Assembly: GCF_039543525.1 (NCBI RefSeq)
Contig: NZ_BAABJX010000017.1
Location: 117,047-181,046, forward strand
DNA length: 64,000 bases
Reading direction: 5' to 3'
Origin: Algivirga pacifica
GTDB taxonomy: Bacteria > Bacteroidota > Bacteroidia > Cytophagales > Flammeovirgaceae
Shown: piece by piece, positions 59,118-64,000 of the stretch
How positions within the stretch are numbered: the first letter of the stretch is position 1
Layout of the letters: each line of letters opens with the position of its first letter
The notes under the pieces: model-generated
What the model saw: the letters and a program-made list of their open reading frames with translations, nothing else
The model's database searches: none
Told to the model about the DNA's origin: nothing
Position numbers and translations under genes: made by a program

Positions 59118-59333
59118 GAATATTTATCCGTCACACTACCAAATCGCTTTGTTGAACCGTTGAATCGTTGAATTAAGCTTCGCTCGTTGATTCGAGTTGA
59201 ACTGTTGATTGATAGTTATATGTCCCCATACAACGAATCAACTCGAATCAACGAGCGAAGCTCAATTCAACTCTCCGAAGGAGAAATTCAACGATTCAAC
59301 AGAGCTGGTTAGTAGTATGTCGGTTATTTATTC
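59118..59333. mobile_element. MITE-like element, copy 2 (TIR GAATATTTATCCGTCACACTAC / GAATAAATAACCGACATACTAC)
   Basis: Same architecture as copy at 38299..38501, including GTTGAA(C/T)CGTTGAATCGTTGAAT arm and CGAAGGAGAAATTCAACGATTCAAC. Confidence 0.6.
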
Positions 59334-59418
59334 AACTTTATTTTATGGATAGATACTGTTTAATTATTAGTTTCAAGTTTCTTGAATTCGGTTGATAATT
59401 CAACTCGAGTCAACCTGA

Positions 59419-62400
59419 CTAGAATGCTAGATTAACGTTAAATCCCATCTGTCGGGCAGTAGGAATGGCGGAGTACTCAATTCCCCTTCCGTTGTAGGAA
59501 GCCTGAGGGTCAAATCCTGGCGTATTCTTGTGCAAGAAGAATAAGTTATTGCCTACCAAGGCAATGTCTGCACGCTCAAGGAAAGAGGCTTTTAGCCAGC
59601 GTTGTGGAAGGCTATACGTCAATCTAACTTCTCTCACTTTCACAAATGAGGCATCATAAAGAAACTCTTCAGCCACGATACGGTCATCTGCAGCTATACT
59701 TCTCCAATAGTCTTCTGGAGAGACGGCACGATTATTTGTTTTGTAAATAGGTGTGCCATTTTCATCCACCCCTTCTTGCTGCACCCCTACGGTGATCCCT
59801 CCTGTAGGGAACCACTTGGCAGGGGTCAGACCTGCTTCTTTTCTGGCAGCCTCTGAAGCAGCCCATTCTTCTCTTCCCTCAACAGTCCATTCAGCATTTC
59901 CTTCTCTGGATAGAATGACATTGGTTAGAGAGAAAATATCGCCTCCCATTTGGAAATCAAGCAATACGTTCAGGCTGATATTCTTGTAGCGTAGGTAGTT
60001 ACTCCATCCTCCAGTAAGGTCTGGATTGAAGTTTCCGATCACTTGAGGCTCAGGGTTGACGATAGGCAATCCTTTGCTGTCGACAATAATCTCCCCGGCA
60101 AACTCACCTTCTTCTACTCGGGCATATCGGGTACCGACAATATCTCCATAAGGTTGACCTTCGATAGCCTGTACTTTAACAGTACTGGCAGAGGTTAATC
60201 CATAAACCGGTACCAGGTCATCCAATCGAACAACTTCCGAGATGTTTCGGGCAACATTGAGTCCCATTGTCCATTCTAAATGCTTCTTTTTCAGGATGTC
60301 GGCAGTAAGTTGTACCTCTAGTCCCTTGTTTTCGATCAGTCCGGCATTTGTCATAATAGAGGAGTAGCCGGTTGTTCGGGTGACAGGCATAGAGATAATC
60401 TGGTTAACCGTACCTGTTTTATAAAGGGTTGCATCCATACCCAATCGGTTCTCAAACAAACGGATATCCAAGCCCAACTCCAGGGAAGTAGTAATCTCTG
60501 GTTTTAGGTCCAGGTTGGGACGGGTCCAAGGCTTGTCTCCATAGCTTTGTCCATGTATGGTTGGACCGATGGAATAGTAATAGTCCATTTGATAAGGACT
60601 GGTATCATTACCCACTTGCGCCCATGAAAAACGGGTTTTAGCAAAGGAGAAGATATTGGAAGAGACTTTAAAGATGTCTGTCCAAACGGCCGATAAAGAG
60701 GCTGAAGGGTAAAAGTAAGAACGGTTATGGGCAGGTAAGGTAGAAGACCAGTCATTACGAGCAGTAAGGTCCAAGAAGACCATGTTCTCGTATCCAATCT
60801 GTGCCATTCCGTAGAGCGATTGTATTTCCTTTTGACTAAACCCTTGTCCTGCCGTTTGTACGTCAGTATTACTGATATTGTATAGGTCATCCAGTAGGAA
60901 GCTGATACCATTATGGCTCATGCTTCTACCCATACTTTTCATTAGGTTACCTCCGGCAGAGCCTGATAGGGAGATACTTTTACCGTTGAGCATTAGATCC
61001 TTTTGTGCGGTTACCAGAAAGTCGATATTACTTTCTTGCCCCGTGCCCATGGTCTGATAGTATTTGGAGCGAGTAGCTCCTCCTTCAAAGGCAGTCCATT
61101 TAGCAACAATACGTTCCTTTTGACTACTGCTGAAATCAGTACCTCCTCGAACCATCAGTTGTAACCAATCTGTCGCCTGATAATGTAGGGATGCCATGGC
61201 AATAAGTCGGTTGCGTTGGTCATCGTTCGTGTTATTGTTGATGGTCCAATAAGGGTTTTGGTTACGGCTTGCCTGACTAGGTCCTCCGGCTCCATCCCAA
61301 AGAATAGGGTAGCCCAAGGCATCTTCATATGTTTGTAAATCTTCTAGTCGAATGTTTCTTGGCATACGCAAGAAGCCATACATAGGGTTGTCGGGGTGAT
61401 CTGTCAGTTGTGGACGATTTTGGGCATCCTGTAAAATATAACTGACCTTTGCTTTGGCTGTAAGTTTATCACTTAAGGCTGTATTGACACTTAGTCCCAG
61501 GTTGGTCTTCTGAATCTCACTATTGGGAATCATAGACTTTAGGGTATTGTGGGTAAACGAGAAACGTGCCTGTGTCTTGTCATTTCCACCTTCCAAAGAA
61601 AGGGAATGAGTATTGTTGCTCCCTGTTCTGAAAAAGTCTTGGACATTATTTTCTTGAACATCGTAGGTAGTTTCCTCTCCTTTCCAGTTGACAAAAGAAC
61701 GACCATCCATCGCAGAAGCCCCCCAGGAAGAGGTAAAGTCAGCAGGTTCTACCCATTGCGAATTAGCCTCCTGGTAGCGTAACATTCGGCCATATTCGTT
61801 TTGGAACGCTGGCATGACCATAGGGCTACTGTACATGCTGTTGAGACTGTAGTGTACACCAATTCCTTTACGGGAACGACCACTTTTGGTGGTGATCAGG
61901 ATGACACCGTTGGCAGCTCTGGAACCGTATAGGGCTGCTGCATTGGCTCCTTTTAAAACAGAAATGGTCTTGATATCATCTGGGTTGATGTCCGATAATC
62001 CACTTCCATAATCAATCCCTCCATTGGCACTGGCCTGACTGCGGCTTCCACCACTCACAGGAATACCATCGACGACCACCAAGGGATCATTGCTTCCCGC
62101 AATAGAGTTCATACCTCGGATAACGATTCGTGGTGAACCACCTTCTCCGGTACCTCCTCCTTGAATCTGTACTCCAGCCACTCTACCGGATAGTGAGTTG
62201 GCAATATTGGTAGGACGAACTTGAAGTAGGTCATCTCCTTTAACTTCCTGTACAGCATAGCCCAATGCTTTCTTTTCCCTTTCTAGTCCGAAAGCTGTGA
62301 CAACGACTTCATCCATTTCCCCAACGGCTTCTCGCATGACCACTTTAAGAGTAGTAGCATTTTGAACAGTGATTTCTTGGGAATCATACCCAATATAACT

Positions 62401-62682
62401 GAACAAGAGTATCTGAGGAAGTTGTGAAATATTGAGTTTAAAACGTCCTTCTACATCACTAACCGTTCCTGATGTTCCTCCTTTGATGCGAATGGTAACA
62501 CCGGGAAGAGGAGCTCCAGAACTTTCAGTAACGACTCCTTGAATAGAAATACTTTGTTGATAGGTCTTTGTGTATGCCTTTGCCTCAGACAAGGGCTCCC
62601 CAGCATTTGTTGTATGGATAATATCGGGAAATAACAGTAAAAGAATAAGACCGACAATTCCTGTAAAAAGGTGTGGTTTCAT
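59419..62682 (-). CDS. SusC/RagA-family TonB-dependent outer-membrane transporter
   Basis: 1087 aa; signal peptide; carboxypeptidase-regulatory-like N-domain (IQGVVTESSGAPLPGVTIRIKGG), TonB box DEVVVTAFG, plug and 22-strand barrel; C-terminal …NVNLAF. Confidence 0.9.
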   Translation of the reverse strand: MKPHLFTGIVGLILLLLFPDIIHTTNAGEPLSEAKAYTKTYQQSISIQGVVTESSGAPLPGVTIRIKGGTSGTVSDVEGRFKLNISQLPQILLFSYIGYDSQEITVQNATTLKVVMREAVGEMDEVVVTAFGLEREKKALGYAVQEVKGDDLLQVRPTNIANSLSGRVAGVQIQGGGTGEGGSPRIVIRGMNSIAGSNDPLVVVDGIPVSGGSRSQASANGGIDYGSGLSDINPDDIKTISVLKGANAAALYGSRAANGVILITTKSGRSRKGIGVHYSLNSMYSSPMVMPAFQNEYGRMLRYQEANSQWVEPADFTSSWGASAMDGRSFVNWKGEETTYDVQENNVQDFFRTGSNNTHSLSLEGGNDKTQARFSFTHNTLKSMIPNSEIQKTNLGLSVNTALSDKLTAKAKVSYILQDAQNRPQLTDHPDNPMYGFLRMPRNIRLEDLQTYEDALGYPILWDGAGGPSQASRNQNPYWTINNNTNDDQRNRLIAMASLHYQATDWLQLMVRGGTDFSSSQKERIVAKWTAFEGGATRSKYYQTMGTGQESNIDFLVTAQKDLMLNGKSISLSGSAGGNLMKSMGRSMSHNGISFLLDDLYNISNTDVQTAGQGFSQKEIQSLYGMAQIGYENMVFLDLTARNDWSSTLPAHNRSYFYPSASLSAVWTDIFKVSSNIFSFAKTRFSWAQVGNDTSPYQMDYYYSIGPTIHGQSYGDKPWTRPNLDLKPEITTSLELGLDIRLFENRLGMDATLYKTGTVNQIISMPVTRTTGYSSIMTNAGLIENKGLEVQLTADILKKKHLEWTMGLNVARNISEVVRLDDLVPVYGLTSASTVKVQAIEGQPYGDIVGTRYARVEEGEFAGEIIVDSKGLPIVNPEPQVIGNFNPDLTGGWSNYLRYKNISLNVLLDFQMGGDIFSLTNVILSREGNAEWTVEGREEWAASEAARKEAGLTPAKWFPTGGITVGVQQEGVDENGTPIYKTNNRAVSPEDYWRSIAADDRIVAEEFLYDASFVKVREVRLTYSLPQRWLKASFLERADIALVGNNLFFLHKNTPGFDPQASYNGRGIEYSAIPTARQMGFNVNLAF

Positions 62683-63010
62683 AAGATAAAAAGGTAAGAT
62701 AATAGTCTATTTTTTTAATGTGTTGAGTGGTATAGTGTAGCAATATTTTATAGGCAGGTACTTTATTATGGCCTATTATTTTACTTTTTCTTTTAGAAAA
62801 AAGAGTGCGAATAATACATAGTGTTTGAGTTTAAGGTAGGGATGTGATAATCATTAAATATTGATTATTATTTAAATAATGGAGATGGAAGTGATTGATT
62901 TGTAATCTTTTTGAGGTACAAAATAAAAACTTTTTACTCTAGTGATTAAGTAGTCTGATCTCTTAGAGATAATCAGACTGTTTTTATTCACTATAAACAA
63001 CTACTTTCAT

Positions 63011-64000
63011 ATGAAACACAAGATTGCTACGCTATGGTCTTCTAGCGTTTTTTTGGTAGCCCTACTATTTGGAATGTCTGCTTGTTCGGAGGATCCCGTA
63101 ACTCCGGAAGAAACCTATCCAGCAGAACTAATAAGTTTTTCTTTTCAGGGACTAGAGTTGGAGGCTGAGGCCATCGATATTCAAGGACAGACCATCTCTG
63201 TGTTGGTTCCTTTGGGTACGGACATCACGAACTTGATCCCAATTTTCGAGATATCAGATGTAACGACCATTAAGGACTATGCTGCAGATACGGCTTATGA
63301 TTTCTCAGCTCCTTTGACGTTTACTTTGGTTGGAACTGATGGAGTCGAGAAAGTTTTTCAAATTTCTGTGATTGTTGATAATCGTCTGGCTTACGGCTTT
63401 GGTACGGTGACAGACCTTTGGGGATTGTCTCACTCAGAGCAAGGTTGGACAGATCACAAACCATCAGGGATGGCGATTAGCGGTGACTATGTAGTCTTAC
63501 TACACCGTGACGAGTCTAAGTACGAGATCTATGACCGTATGGATGGTTCTAAAATTGGCCTGATGAATATAGAAGGAATCGGGACAGGAAGAAAGATTGC
63601 TGCAGATGATAAAGGCGTGATCTTATCTTCAAACGTAGTCGGAAAACCAGACGATGAGTTTATTATTTACAAGTGGAATGATGTAAACGCTGCACCAGAA
63701 GTTTTCTTGAAGTGGACACACGATATTACAGAGCACTATGGAGCAGAGTCTAAGCCATGGGAAACAGCTTTGGTAGGTCATGCTGATTTTACCGTGAAGG
63801 GAGACCTTGCAGGTGATGCAGTAATTTACGCACCAGTTTCTATGACCAACATCATTTTGCGTTGGACGGTGAAAAGTGGTGAATTGGTAAGCGAAACACC
63901 AGACAAGATTGCTTATGAGTTCTCCAACGGTAGAACAAACTGGGAAATGACGGTAGGAGTAGAGCCTGTAGGAGCTACTGATCAGGATGATATCCTTGTA
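63011..64000 (+). CDS. Hypothetical lipoprotein (partial, continues beyond window)
   Basis: ATG at 63011, lipobox LFGMSAC, 330 codons open to window end; divergent from SusC. Confidence 0.4.
   Translation, partial: MKHKIATLWSSSVFLVALLFGMSACSEDPVTPEETYPAELISFSFQGLELEAEAIDIQGQTISVLVPLGTDITNLIPIFEISDVTTIKDYAADTAYDFSAPLTFTLVGTDGVEKVFQISVIVDNRLAYGFGTVTDLWGLSHSEQGWTDHKPSGMAISGDYVVLLHRDESKYEIYDRMDGSKIGLMNIEGIGTGRKIAADDKGVILSSNVVGKPDDEFIIYKWNDVNAAPEVFLKWTHDITEHYGAESKPWETALVGHADFTVKGDLAGDAVIYAPVSMTNIILRWTVKSGELVSETPDKIAYEFSNGRTNWEMTVGVEPVGATDQDDILV

Overview
This 64-kb window looks like a Bacteroidota chromosome segment. T9SS C-terminal sorting domains, a SusC/SusD pair, DUF3857/transglutaminase-like lipoproteins and Tat/lipoprotein signals support that; GC content is moderate. 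The whole window is gene-dense on both strands. (1) 1-11.2 kb is a visibly more AT-rich Wzx/Wzy-type polysaccharide locus on the + strand. It carries rfbC-rfbD (dTDP-rhamnose), a flippase, a Wzy-like polymerase, three glycosyltransferases and, unusually, four sulfotransferase-family genes, and it ends in a bidirectional terminator. (2) A Tat-secreted DUF1501/DUF1800 pair and a Wzi-like outer-membrane barrel follow. (3) A tandem array of five small paralogous stand-alone winged-HTH genes sits next to a 1.2-kb non-coding region that contains a nested-stem candidate RNA element. (4) Next come a class-A PBP (PBP1A), then a 1842-aa T9SS cargo protein (parallel beta-helix plus about 17 SprB-type repeats) that is divergently paired with a paralogous beta-helix lipoprotein. 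(5) The most unusual stretch is 30.1-42.6 kb: YqiJ/NfeD-like, long flotillin (SPFH), a 1643-aa protein with a single C-terminal AAA_5/MoxR-class ATPase module, and two paralogous secreted transglutaminase-like (DUF3857-type) proteins, all co-directional and closed by a strong terminator. (6) The remainder holds a DUF2807-like protein, an SLH plus C39-like peptidase protein, MaoC, HupE/UreJ, parvulin-like PPIase, DUF3604, an OMP, a GxGYxYP-family T9SS protein, a DUF1624/HGSNAT-like acyltransferase and a SusD/SusC pair. Intergenic regions carry a MITE-like family with about 22-bp terminal inverted repeats and GTTGAATCGTTGAAT subterminal arms (at least 5 copies). There is also a 14-15-copy heptanucleotide (CTCACTG) tandem array between a PPIase gene and the HupE/UreJ start codon, which is a candidate phase-variation switch. 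No rRNA, tRNA or CRISPR array was found.
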